Shown piece by piece: positions 26,366-38,954 of a DNA stretch of 64,000 bases. The translations under genes and the position numbers were made by a program. Origin of the DNA: Octopus bimaculoides (taxonomy: Eukaryota); contig NC_068989.1 in NCBI RefSeq assembly GCF_001194135.2, forward strand, positions 27,640,929-27,704,928, written 5' to 3'. Numbering within the stretch: the stretch's first letter is position 1; each line of letters begins with the position of its first letter. The notes beneath the pieces are model-generated. The model was not told the origin of the DNA. It did not search any database and saw only the letters and a program-made list of their open reading frames with translations.

Positions 26366-27240
26366 ATATATATATATATTATATTTACCTTTATATATAT
26401 ATAATATATACATACATNNNNNNNNNNNNNNNNNNNNNNNNNNNNNNNNNNNNNNNNNNNNNNNNNNNNNNNNNNNNNNNNNNNNNNNNNNNNNNNNNNN
26501 NNNNNNNNNNNNNNNNNNNNNNNNNNNNNNNNNNNNNNNNNNNNNNNNNNNNNNNNNNNNNNNNNNNNNNNNNNNNNNNNNNNNNNNNNNNNNNNNNNNN
26601 NNNNNNNNNNNNNNNNNNNNNNNNNNNNNNNNNNNNNNNNNNNNNNNNNNNNNNNNNNNNNNNNNNNNNNNNNNNNNNNNNNNNNNNNNNNNNNNNNNNN
26701 NNNNNNNNNNNNNNNNNNNNNNNNNNNNNNNNNNNNNNNNNNNNNNNNNNNNNNNNNNNNNNNNNNNNNNNNNNNNNNNNNNNNNNNNNNNNNNNNNNNN
26801 NNNNNNNNNNNNNNNNNNNNNNNNNNNNNNNNNNNNNNNNNNNNNNNNNNNNNNNNNNNNNNNNNNNNNNNNNNNNNNNNNNNNNNNNNNNNNNNNNNNN
26901 NNNNNNNNNNNNNNNNNNNNNNNNNNNNNNNNNNNNNNNNNNNNNNNNNNNNNNNNNNNNNNNNNNNNNNNNNNNNNNNNNNNNNNNNNNNNNNNNNNNN
27001 NNNNNNNNNNNNNNNNNNNNNNNNNNNNNNNNNNNNNNNNNNNNNNNNNNNNNNNNNNNNNNNNNNNNNNNNNNNNNNNNNNNNNNNNNNNNNNNNNNNN
27101 NNNNNNNNNNNNNNNNNNNNNNNNNNNNNNNNNNNNNNNNNNNNNNNNNNNNNNNNNNNNNNNNNNNNNNNNNNNNNNNNNNNNNNNNNNNNNNNNNNNN
27201 NNNNNNNNNNNNNNNNNNNNNNNNNNNNNNNNNNNNNNNN

Positions 27241-27273
<33 letters not shown>

Positions 27274-27299
27274 TATACTATTTTGCTTGTTTCAGCCAT

Positions 27300-28110
27300 T
27301 CGGGTGCGGTCATGCTGTAGCAGTGCCGTGGTCTTTCTGGTTTTCTCAGTGTGGGATGTTTCGCATCACCCCTCCTATGTGTGACTTTGTCTCAGCTGTA
27401 GGCCTATGTAATGTATAAGAGAGTTTGATTCCGTGGCCCTCGTCTGCACCGCATATCTGGCTTTTCGTTCATCTGGTATTGAGGAGAGGAGAATGTCTAG
27501 TTCCTTTTTGAAGACATCTACTTCCACATTATGCAGATTTCTTGATTTTTGTGGCAGAGCATTGAAGAGCTGTGGGCCTTTGAGCCCTAGATAATTGCAG
27601 TACCTTGTCCTGCATTTAGATGGAGAGGATGGTACTTTTGTTACAATAAAATGGCGGCTATTTCTGGCAATTGAATAACACTCAAAGCCGAAATTAGGTA
27701 CTAACACTTCTAGAGTTTTCCATATGTATATCTCCCACGCCTTCGCTCCAGGGTGTAAAGATGCAGTTTTCTCAGCCTATGCCTGTAGCTCATCCGCTGC
27801 ACTGTTTCAATCATTTTAGTGTAGTAGCGTTGGATTGTAGCAGTAGTCCAGGCGGCTGAGAACAAAGGTTCTTCTGAGGGTCAACATAGATTCTTGGCCT
27901 CTTGTCTTGAAGGCCCTTAGTGTCCATCCTTCTAGTTGTCTGCACTTTTCTGCCATCTTGGTAATGTGCACATAAAATGATGCGACATTTCACATACTGA
28001 TCCCTTTTACTGCCTGTGACTTTGAGATTGTAGTGCCTTTTGATACTAAATATGCAGGCTGTAGTGCATTCGTGAGTTCACAGCACAGTGCTTGAAGTTT
28101 TCCATATATA
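27300..28110 (-). mobile_element. CR1-like LINE 3' end
   Basis: KCRQLEGWTLRAFKTRGQESMLTL...LSRLDYC; MSYRHRLRKLHLYTLERRREIY; GPQLFNALP...NVEVDVFKKELDILLSSIPDE...SNSL. Confidence 0.85.
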
Positions 28111-28424
28111 TATATGTGTGTGTGTGTGCGTATATATATATATACATATGTATATACAAGTGCACGTATGTATGTATGTGTATATACACATATATATGTA
28201 TATATGTGTGTATCTGTTTGCATGTATATGTGTGTGTTTGTGTATGTGTATTTATGTATGCATGTACGCTCTCACACATTGATTGGTATGTGTTGTCCAA
28301 CCCACTATCCGGCAGCGTCCAACTCTCTAACGGTTTTTTTTCAAATGAATCAAGTTATAACCTTATCCATCTATTGTTTTCATAATCGGTCATAATGGCT
28401 TACGTTTAAGATGATTCCCATGCT

Positions 28425-28508
28425 TTCCCTGATGAGAAGGTTACAATTTTAATATCAAAGATCCCTATGGATCACACAGGTTGTAATCCTTTGAAACATA
28501 TGTAGGAA
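28425..28508 (+). ncRNA. Minimal type I hammerhead ribozyme, no adjacent ORF visible
   Basis: ttcc-CTGATGA-gaaggttacaa-[34 nt]-ttgtaatccttt-GAAAC-atat-GTA-ggaa. It has an intact core, an 11-bp helix II with one bulge, a palindromic helix III (ACATATGT), a GUA site and a 4-bp helix I. Confidence 0.87.
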
Positions 28509-28941
28509 TAAAGTATGCAATTATAACATGCGTTTTCTCCAATNNNNNNNNNNNNNNNNNNNNNNNNNNNNNNNNNNNNNNNNNNNNNNNNNNNNNNNNN
28601 NNNNNNNNNNNNNNNNNNNNNNNNNNNNNNNNNNNNNNNNNNNNNNNNNNNNNNNNNNNNNNNNNNNNNNNNNNNNNNNNNNNNNNNNNNNNNNNNNNNN
28701 NNNNNNNNNNNNNNNNNNNNNNNNNNNNNNNNNNNNNNATATATATGAATTCGTTTGTAGTAACATGGAACATTTTTGAATTCATGTAAGGTAACATTTT
28801 TATTTTACGGCAACATTTCAGTTATGAGTGTCCTATGCATAGCTTTGTGTTCTATATATATGTAAAACTGAATGGCTGTGTATTTATAAATTGAAAGAAA
28901 CACACGCACGCACATACACACTAACATATACACACGCAAAA

Positions 28942-28972
<31 letters not shown>

Positions 28973-29054
28973 CACACACAAACACACACACACAAACACA
29001 AACCCACACACACATGTGTCTGTGTTTGTGTATGTGTAAACATTTTTTTACTTA

Positions 29055-29650
29055 TAGTGGCCCATCAAATGTGATGATACCGTCTATACAAAGACATTCA
29101 TCGACCTTGGCCTCTAGCACACCACTTCTCATTGAAGCCAACGTGGCTGACAAGATCGACGAGATAGATAGATCCTGTGGAACTGAGGACACTGAAACAG
29201 ACTCCGAACAAAAGCTTCTGGTTCCCCTCGCGTCATGCGGTCTGCTGCATTCTGTTTCAAAACGCTCTACAGCAGCATCACACATGAACTTTTGATTAAC
29301 AGCTATGTCCTCCACCTGATTGGGAGGGACGCCGCATAAAATGAGACAACGCTTCAGATGTTCATGAAAACTACGTTTTGCACGTCCATGAAGCCTACAT
29401 CCAGTCTCTATCTAGCTTTGGAAGCCGCTTACTCGGCATGAGACCCATAAGGCGAACCTAGCGGAGAAAACGACGAAAGATGCAGGTCATAACGTTGTAG
29501 ATCCCAGTCAAGAGGATTTCGGTATGAGGCACCTTGTACTTCCACGTGAGACCGAAAATCCTGTGGAGTGGTCTGATTCTTAACGCTTCCCGTAGTCTGA
29601 TCAGGCCCCGATAAAGGATCCAGCACTCAGACTCAAACTGGGTGTTGGAT
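29055..29650 (-). mobile_element. RTE-clade LINE 3' fragment
   Basis: ECWILYRGLIRL...HRIFGLTWKYKVPHTEIL...RRFLR*V...MPSKRLPKL...ETGCRLHGRAKRSFHEHLKRCLILCGVPP; typical RTE post-RT region. Confidence 0.8.
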
Positions 29651-30528
29651 ACCCAAACGGCTCAAGAAACAGATTTTTGTGCTTGCCGTAACGTTCTTGC
29701 TCTGAAAGATACGTTCACTAATTCTTCCTTCGAAAATGTCTTCATTACTTAAATAAAAATATTTATGAAAGGTACAATCTAATTATACTTGCGACAAGCA
29801 TGCATATTTTCTAGTGTTAATGATCGATTATGTCAGCCACGTTTTTTATTTATTACTTTTTTTTATTTCAAGCCCTGGAGAATTGAAGGCAATGGCAACA
29901 TCGATAGACTTTATCATTAGATCATTAATTAATGTAATTGAATATCAACACCTCAAAGGATTTTATCCGTCACAGAATACACTCTTTTACTTGTGCTCCT
30001 GTAAGATGTTTTAGTAGTCCATCGAAAGCACCCTACGAGGGTTAAGGTTACCAATTAATGGTTTCTAATTTAGACACACGGTACGCAATTTTGAAGGGAA
30101 TTAGTGAAATACCACCATCGTCAACCGTACTTGATACGTAGTTCATTTTTCGAACCCTGCAAGAATGAAGGGCAAATATGTTCCCAGTAGGATTTTATCT
30201 CAGAACTTTAAGTCATATGAGAAATACTGCAAGTCATTTTTCTGATAAACATGCTCCGTTATCTGTACAGATGTTATTGAGTTACAATTACAAATTAAAT
30301 TATAAATACATATTTCACATAGGCATTTTTAAATTCAAGCTTATCAATCATTTAAAGTTTCTAAATGATAACAAATCACTGGTTCTTCTTGCATCTATTT
30401 TAACCATTAAAAAGACAGAAAATCTAATGCACCGTTGTATATGGCTACGTCAAAAACGGTTTACTGTTCATCGAAGTGAGTAGGATTGTATTACTGCCCA
30501 TATATTCAGAGTCAGTTTAATATGCACG

Positions 30529-30567
<39 letters not shown>

Positions 30568-30688
30568 CCGAAAAGTAGTCGAGGAAGAGATTATAGAAAT
30601 TTAACCAAGTTAAAAACACGCTTTTCTCCATCTTCGTCACTCCCAGATTACATATCAAACTTTCTGGAAACATCCTATATATATATGT

Positions 30689-30740
<52 letters not shown>

Positions 30741-30921
30741 TGCTTGTAAAGCATTGAAGTCGTGATCAGTATATCGACGTATTTCTACTTATTATAGAAA
30801 AGATATTTTACCAGCTTTCGAAATCCTGATCATCGGTTTCACTAAATGTGTTTAGCAGCAGCAGTAACAGCAGCAGTGACAGCAGCACCACCACCACCAC
30901 CAGCAGTAGTAGTAGTAGTAA

Positions 30922-30976
<55 letters not shown>

Positions 30977-31220
30977 GGTGGTGGTGGTGGTGGTGGTGGC
31001 GTCGGGGCGGCGGCAGCGGCAGTTGTAGTAAAAATAACTTGAACCTTATAACGCAGGTGCACAACATATAACGTAATAACAGTCAATTCATGACTGGCGT
31101 GTTACTTCCATTATCTGCACGATTGCCAGAGTTACTCTTAATAATAATAATGATCATAATAATAATAAGAAGAAGAAGAAAAAGAAGAAGAAGAAGAAGA
31201 AGAAGAAGAAGAAGAAGAAG

Positions 31221-31255
<35 letters not shown>

Positions 31256-32469
31256 CTACTACTACAACAACAACAACTACTACTACTACGACTACGACTA
31301 CTAAGCTTTCTTTATTAGTCACAGAGGTTTATTAGACACAAAGAAACATTAAGCATTCGTCTAAAAAAATATGTAGGGTGTGTAAAAGCAAGTTATATAA
31401 AACTAACAGATGTGAAAGAAGATGTCTTTGAATTGAAGAGAAATTAACATTTTAAAAACAAAAATTACATAAAATAAGAAACAAATAACAAAGCAGGCAT
31501 CGATTAAAGCATGATGTATAGAAACGAATAAATTCTTATAAATATCTTATTTGAGTTGAACTTATGAATGTACCCAGCGCTCGACATCCAGTTTCACCAC
31601 ACATCCTGTACACATGAATTATTTTAAGTTGTTAATTCTAGTATGTTCCATGGGCAATGTTTCGACTGCAAGGGGCGAATAAATGTCCAAGTCATGTGTG
31701 TACTTGCTTTGTAAAATGCCGTAAACATTCTGGGAAACATAATAATATTTAGCTATTTTTGTGTTCTTGTGTTCTTCGAGTATCTCATGAATTTCCTGAA
31801 TCAATCCCTTCGAAAATCCTGTTTTTTTGTTACAACCTAGTCAAAATTAGCTTTAATCTAATCAATATATGATTGACTTTGCATATCATAACCTGCATGA
31901 GTGACGTTTTTCTTGTTATCAATATCTTCAAAATTATTTGTTATATGATTGGAATGATTTTGTTTAATTAACTCTTGCTAAGAGCATCTCGGCCTGACAA
32001 ACCACTGCATGACTCAGCAAATGATTTGCTTGCTGATTCTTATAGTCAAAAGCAACATTTTGTGCTAGCTCCCTGTTGAGATCTACTACTGTGGAGCGGC
32101 AATTATACCACAATACCATGTATATCAATTCAGTTATGGACCTTGGAACGAATATGTTATCTTCACTTATCTTCTATAAGAAAAAGTTGCATTCAGATAC
32201 GATGCCCTACTGAATGAACATTTCAACATTTTAATTCTCGCTGTTTTACGTGCCTGTGATAATATAATCTCCGACTGGAGCCTTGCATCTGTGATCCGAA
32301 GCTGATCATGAGCCGAAGATCAACGGCGTTGCTATTATCTCATCTACTGAACTTATTCTTTATTCTTCTGAAGCACTATGGCATAATTTGAGTAAGTGTA
32401 TAACGCTCTAATATAACCCTATACACATCAACATCTTTATTTCAATTATCATCATCATAACAACGATAA

Positions 32470-32835
32470 CAATAACAACAACGTCGTTTTACTTCTCAGA
32501 GCGCTCGGTCTTTTTTGCTCTGATAGATTCTAAAAGCCTGCTGTCAGTGATCCCAATAGGGTCCCTTTCCGTATATTATAAGTTTTGATACTTGCTTTTA
32601 AATTATCGTGGGAGACATTCAACATCCAAGTACCAATCTTAAAATCCTATCTGTCCCCAGCAGAGTAGTTTCCAAGGATTGCTCTACTCTCATGTCAATT
32701 CCGATTTCTTTGACATTTATTTCAAGAGTGCCCCTATAACTACTGGAATGACAGACATTTTCCTCGTGGTCCACATTCTTGCAATTTCATTTGTTAGTGA
32801 TCTGTACTTTTCTAGTTCTTTGTCACTTACGCATG
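32470..32835 (-). mobile_element. Dong/R4 LINE 3' fragment
   Basis: KELEKYRSLTNEIARMW...SVIPVVIGAL...IGIDMRVEQSLETTLLGTDRILRLVL, followed by an AAT/AAC-type tract. Confidence 0.8.
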
Positions 32836-32838
32836 CAC

Positions 32839-33770
32839 CTCCAGTCCTGGATCAAGCGTAGACTAACAAAGGGTGTTTGGCACCTGGAGTGTCGGCAAGC
32901 GTCACAGTTTTCTGCCACTCGGGCAACGCGGTAGGTGTAAGTTTCACTTTGAAGTTCTATAGGGGATTATTGGAGCGAAAGAGCGACTACATACTCCGGG
33001 TAACACTGAATGTCGGGAGAGATTAACTAACTGGTCTCTTCCGGAGGATTTTCGTGCCATGGCCTATGGATAACTTCTAGAAATCACCCAGACCGGCAGT
33101 GCTACAGGGAATCTCTACCGGTTCGAGACAAGCTTCACAGACATGGAAGTGCTGTCAGACGCACCTGTCCGAGTTGTGCGCAGAGCGACAAAAAGGTCCC
33201 TCATGTTCTCGGCCAGGGTCCATGCATTACTTTACTTGTGGAGTAGCTTTGACGAACAGCTGTTTTCACATGTACGACGGGTCCGGTTATCAGCTAAGTC
33301 CATCTTAAGATCGCTCTCCGCCTTCCTTTATTCAGGAAAGAAAGACAGTTTTCCTCTTTCTGGTGACTATGGCGAAGGAGGTAGTGGGGTGGACGAGATC
33401 GAAAGGACTGAAGACAGATACTTGCTTCTTCGACCAAGCCCTCCTCGACTTTTTTCAGTTCCCCTTGAAAACGAAAGTGAGAGTAGAGAGGGAAGTTCTG
33501 GCCCCAGTAAATTTGTTGAAAAGTGGGTGCATGTGGCAAGGATGGCCCGTGTGAGCAGGCCTACTTTCAACTTTCGTTTGTAAAGCGGAGGAGTTGAGAA
33601 GGAGAGAAGCGCCTGCTGAGGTGCATCTGGCGATCGGGATAACCAGAATGTGGGGGTTCCTCGGTTTTTGTTACTTATTGTATACACGGTATTGTTCACT
33701 CCCCTGTCCCTTGTACTGTATCGTCCCTATTTGTTTTGTGTTCGGCTCTTGTGGTCAATAAAAGAAAGTA
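32839..33770 (+). mobile_element. Tx1/L1-clade LINE 3' end with UTR, ending in (ATT)n
   Basis: WQCYRE.LPVRDKLHRHGSAV..TCP.C (zf-RVT-like); FLVTMAKEVVGWTRSKGL...LKTKVRVERE. Homologous to 38955-39950. Confidence 0.85.
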
Positions 33771-33786
33771 TTATTATTATTATTAT

Positions 33787-33841
<55 letters not shown>

Positions 33842-33879
33842 CGACATTTGATACTTTCAGGTAGATTTCTACTGCATCA

Positions 33880-35050
33880 ACCACTACACCTCCGTGTCGC
33901 TGATGTGAGGGCAGTATTGGTTTTATTTTATTGAGCGAGTGCAAACTCTTCCCAGTATTTATTGCACCTGTTTGCTTTGTTATAGGGTTTGGTTGCAGGC
34001 CTTTCTATTGTATGTTGTGTGTATTTTGCGAGTTGTTCTTTTGTTTGGTTTACGGCCTACATGTAGGAGCTATTTATTGGATATATACTGTATAGAGTGT
34101 ATTTTGCGTCTGTGGATTGTTTTATTAATGTTGCACTTTTGAATTGATAGTGTCTTGCATAGGATGTGGGCTAATCCTAACAGGACTATTGTTTGTCTAG
34201 TGTGTACAGATGAGTGTCCGGTCATAGCTCCTACGTTTTTCTCTACACATTTTTATTTTTCTCATACTGAATAATCCAATTATTACTGGTATTGTTTTCA
34301 CCTTCCCTTCATGCCCAGCATCTTATATACTTCAATCTCATTGTTGTACTTTGACAATTTCTCCACTTCGTTTTAGGTAATATTTTGGTCAGAAGGGACT
34401 GCAATATTTATCATTAAGGAAGTGTTTTTCTTTTTTTTTTTCTTGTATATTTTTATCAAATTCTTGATTATTATATTTGGGCGATTAGCTTGTATTTCTT
34501 TGTCAGCTTGAACAGGCATATCCCAGACGATTGTGCACTGGCAGTTGTCATATACCGATTTTGGACCATTTCTACCACTTTTTGTTAGTTCTTATGTTGT
34601 AGTGTTGGCCTATTGTCCTGTGGATATAACTACTTACTCGGTGATGTTTGCTTATATATTCAGATTCGGCAAGTACTGAACAGCCAGACACGATGTGGTC
34701 AACTGTCTCATTGCGCTGGTTGCACATTCTGCATTTGGTGTTAGAGCCTGTTTTCATTATTTTGCTTTTATAGTTGTCTGTGGTCAGGCTTTGTTAGGGA
34801 GAATAAGTCCTGCTGTTTCTGCTTTTATTGCAGAGCTTTTGGGCCATTGTTGGCTTTTATTTAGGCTCACATATTCTCTGTCAAGTATTATACAATATTG
34901 GTCATAGAGTGATTTTTTCCTCCATTACTTCGTTAGCATGTTTGTAGTTCTATTCCCCCCAACAATTTTTTTTTTTCCGTCTTTGACTAATTCTGATGTG
35001 TTGTCATCTGAGATCAATGTTTCAGTGTAGTTTGTTTCTGTTTTATATTT
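33880..35050 (-). mobile_element. Dong/R4 LINE 3' portion, degraded
   Basis: KCRMCNQRNETVDHIVSGCSVLAESEYI..H..VSSYIH zinc knuckle; TIPVIIGL; IVLLGLAHIL.KTLSIQ. Confidence 0.82.
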
Positions 35051-35091
35051 TGTCACTTCCTTGTGTATAGACAAAAGCGCTTTCTTTTCAC

Positions 35092-35161
<70 letters not shown>

Positions 35162-35530
35162 CATGTGTGTGTGTGCGTGTGTGTGTGTGCCGGTGTGTGT
35201 GTGTGTGTGTGTGTGGTGTGTGTGCGTGTGCGCGTGCGTGTGTATGTGTGTGTGTATGTGTGTGTTGCATTATTATATGTAGCAGTCTTCCACTTTTTGT
35301 TTTTAAGTATTTTTCTAGTTGAAATGTTACTTTATAGCAATTCTGTATCTGAGACACACCGCAACCTCCTTTGGAGTGGGGTAGATATATTCTGTCTGTT
35401 TCTGCTTTGGGTCATTGACTTCGGTATTCTGTGACTTTTCTATCTAGGTTTCTCTAGCTTTGACAGACAGCACAGTTCCCCTGTACTCACAATATCTTCA
35501 TTATACAGCATCACAATACAGCACAACGTT

Positions 35531-35623
<93 letters not shown>

Positions 35624-35624
35624 G

Positions 35625-37140
35625 AAAGTTTTAAAACCTTAAGTTTGACAAGACTATCAAACCTACAAAAGCCCGAAAAATAAAGAAAATGTATAATATG
35701 GAAACCATATTTGACATTGATACTACCATAGAAACCATAAAGCAAAAGGGTATATGCTAAAGCTGCCCGCATTACAAGGTATGAAAAGCGTGTTAGATTC
35801 TTCAAGGACAATAACATGTTCAAAAATAATCCCAAAAATGTTTGCAGAGAGACCAGTTTTTACAGGAAATACCAGTTAAAGTAAAATCTGTTCCATCGAA
35901 AGAAGAAGTGCAGGAATTTTGGAATAGAATTTGGGCAGAAGAAAAAGCACACAATGAAAAGGCCCATTGGATTGATAGAATATCTACAGACTTAGTTAGA
36001 CTCCTTAGAAGAGCAAAAGTGAGAGGATGTCAAGATAGATGTACGATCTGCTCTAAAGAAGTCAAGCAAATGGAAGTTTCCAGGAAAGGATAAAATTCCT
36101 AACTTCTGGTTGAATGCCTTCCCAGAGAGCCATGAACTGGTAACAAAACTGTACAACAATGTTTTGCAACATCCTAGTATGATTTGCTCTTGGCTAGTTA
36201 ATGGTTTAACACTTCTACTTCCAAAAAAATGAAGAAAAAAATTAACCAAAAAATTTTAGACCCATAACCTTGCTTAACAACAATGTATAAAATACTAACA
36301 TCTATCCTGACTGAATATACCTATATTTTTTTTAATAGAAAGTGGCATATTCCCTAATGAGGAAACGTGGATCCTATGGTTGTAAAGATCAGCTACTCAT
36401 CAATNNNNNNNNNNAAAGGATAAAATTCCTAACTTCTGGTTGAATGCCTTCCCAGAGAGCCATGAACTGGTAACAAAACTGTACAACAATGTTTTGCAAC
36501 ATCCTAGTATGATTTGCTCTTGGCTAGTTAATGGTTTAACACTTCTACTTCCAAAAAAATGAAGAAAAAAATTAACCAAAAAATTTTAGACCCATAACCT
36601 TGCTTAACAACAATGTATAAAATACTAACATCTATCCTGACTGAATATACCTATATTTTTTTTAATAGAAAGTGGCATATTCCCTAATGAGGAAACGTGG
36701 ATCCTATGGTTGTAAAGATCAGCTACTCATCAATAAGATGATTTTGGAAGATTGTCACAAAAACTTGTTAATAGCCTGGATAGATTATAAAAAAGCTTTT
36801 GATAGCCTACTACACAGCTGGATTAAGAAATGTCTGGAAATGTATAAAATAGCACCGACTCTGCGAAACTTTTTGTCTGTAGGTATGAGACCATGGAGAA
36901 TCACACTGATTTTGAACACTGACTATGAGTCTCTTAACGCTGGAGATATAAGAATTTCATGCGGCATTTTACATGGTTACTCACTATCACCACTCCTCTT
37001 TTGTCTAGCCTTAATACTTCTCTCAAAATTGCTCAGTTATAAAATGTTTGATAAAAATATAAATCATCTAATTTACATGAATGATTTAGAGCTCTTTATC
37101 GAACATTATGATGGGTTCTTTATCAGCCATCTTTAAATAA
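35625..37140 (+). mobile_element. Dong/R4 LINE N-terminal and RT region, preceded by (AAT)n
   Basis: PSKEEVQEFWNRIW; WK.PGKDKIPNFWL; CLTTMYKILTSIL; GCKDQLLINKMILEDC..NLLIAWIDYKKAFDS..HSWI; GILHGYSLSPLLFCLAL; INHLIYMNDL. It includes an artefactual 320-bp duplication across a 10-N gap. Confidence 0.88.
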
Positions 37141-37414
37141 TTACAGAAAAGTGCAAAATATTTATTTTTACTGAAAGCAGTTAAAATTCAAAAAATATTT
37201 AAGTGCACCCCCTGCAAAACAGGGGTTGTTTCTACACAAAAGTACTAACTGCGCAGTCCGGACAATCTCAGAAATGTAATGGTAATAATAAAAATTAAAA
37301 GACGAGGCCTTAGAAAGCCGAAAAGATTACAAACACCCTTTCAACTTACGGAGCACAAAATTTCCGTGACTTCACAGTATGGTGGCCATAATAATAATAA
37401 TAATAATAATAATG

Positions 37415-37522
<108 letters not shown>

Positions 37523-37962
37523 ATAGGGCTTCGTATATTTTACCCCAATGTCACTTTGATGGCATGCACTGCTCTCTCACTCAAAAATAATAATAGTAAT
37601 AATAACAAAGATCAAGCAACGGTATATTCTATCGACCCCGAAGAATGAAATGTTACAACAGCATTAGCAACACCAACAGCAACAACAATAATAATGACTA
37701 TTATTAGTCATAGTTGCTGTCAATGCTGTTATATTTTCATATGCAGGATACCTGGATTATTTGTTTTATGTACATGATGTATTTTTTTCGTTCTCCCTAT
37801 TTTTCTCCTATATAACTATTGGGCATTCAAGCATGACACAATTTCATTTAGCGGAAGGCCGAGGGGAATACATTCAAACAAACCTTAACTGAAAACCAGA
37901 ACGTGCAATCGATACGATAATAACTTCATATTGATTCATGCCGATAGTGATTTATATAGACA

Positions 37963-38096
37963 AGAAGAAGAAGAAGAAGAAGAAGAAGAAGAAGAAGAAG
38001 AAGAAGAAGAAGAAGAAGAAGAAGAAGAAGAAGAAGAAGAAGAAGAAGAAGAAGAAGAAGAAGAAGAAGAAGAAGAAGAAGAAGAAGAAGAAGAAG
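37963..38096. repeat. Long pure (GAA)n tract
   Basis: Direct reading of the sequence. Confidence 0.98.
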
Positions 38097-38269
38097 GAGT
38101 GGGAGAGAGAAGTGAAGGAATGAGAGAGAGAAGAGAAAAAGAAGGCGAAGGAGGAACAGGTGTCCAATAAAGCCAGAATGCTGAGGGGAAAATAAATATT
38201 TACTGAAAGCCAATTTATCCGCTGCTCTACCGATTCTGACATGAAACGCTATAAAAATGAAATAATAAT

Positions 38270-38900
38270 AAATGATGCAGTACCAGACAAATGCGCTGAT
38301 GCAGTACTCAATATAATTCCCAGATGCAGTATCATATATAATGCCCTGATATAGTACCAGACAGTGGCTCCCATAATTTCAGACCTTAACTGATTGGAAG
38401 TATTTTCATGTGCATTGTTTTGTCTTGGTATAAAAGATGCGCTACAGTAAACATTTTGCTCAATGCAACAGATTTGCGTGTCAGTTGCTTGACCTCAACC
38501 AGTTGAGCATGTCCCTTAATGGCTGCCGATATGTGCCTCTCTGATCACGAGCAGAAGTAGTGGGGGAGTATCATAGCTATATGTCGAGAGGAATTCTTTA
38601 GGATTTGAATAATTCATTTCTGAAAACATGGGTGTCTTGTTCAACATCCTTAAACAACCCTTATTGATGGACCTTTTGAGCGGATGGGCTACTCGACCTG
38701 ATGAAAATTCTAACTGAGGCCCACCTGCAAGTTCTTGCACTGTTTATCTTGATATGAGATCACCATCTCGCGCACGTATGGTTATAACGCATGTGTCTGG
38801 TGTACCCTTATCAGATGGGTAGTTATGATGGGTATATTGTGCTTCGTATATTTTACCCCAGGGTCGCCTTGATGGCATGCACTGCTCTCTCACTCAATTA
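38270..38900 (+). repeat. Repeat family D copy, preceded by four degenerate units of about 25 bp starting GATGCAGTA
   Basis: Aligns with 19300-19850. Units gatgcagtaccagacaaatgcgct / gatgcagtactcaatataattccca / gatgcagtatcatatataatgccct / gatatagtaccagacagtggc. Confidence 0.8.
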
Positions 38901-38954
38901 TAATATTAATAATAATAATAATAACGACAACAACAATAATAACAATAATAATGA

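Noticed and set aside
28891-29315. Ser/Thr-rich ORFs suggesting a host exon
   Set aside because: They are explained by the RTE fragment on the minus strand.
36085-36734. Perfect 320-bp tandem duplication (36085-36404 and 36415-36734)
   Set aside because: The copies are identical and separated by exactly 10 Ns, which is an unmerged contig overlap rather than biology.
38272-38372. Four repeats of about 25 bp that look superficially like a CRISPR array
   Set aside because: The units are degenerate and abut each other without unique spacers. There are no cas genes and the context is a eukaryotic repeat.
38690-38740. CTGATGA in repeat D as a hammerhead core
   Set aside because: There is no helix II or GAAA arm, and the other copy reads CTGAAGA with the same lack.
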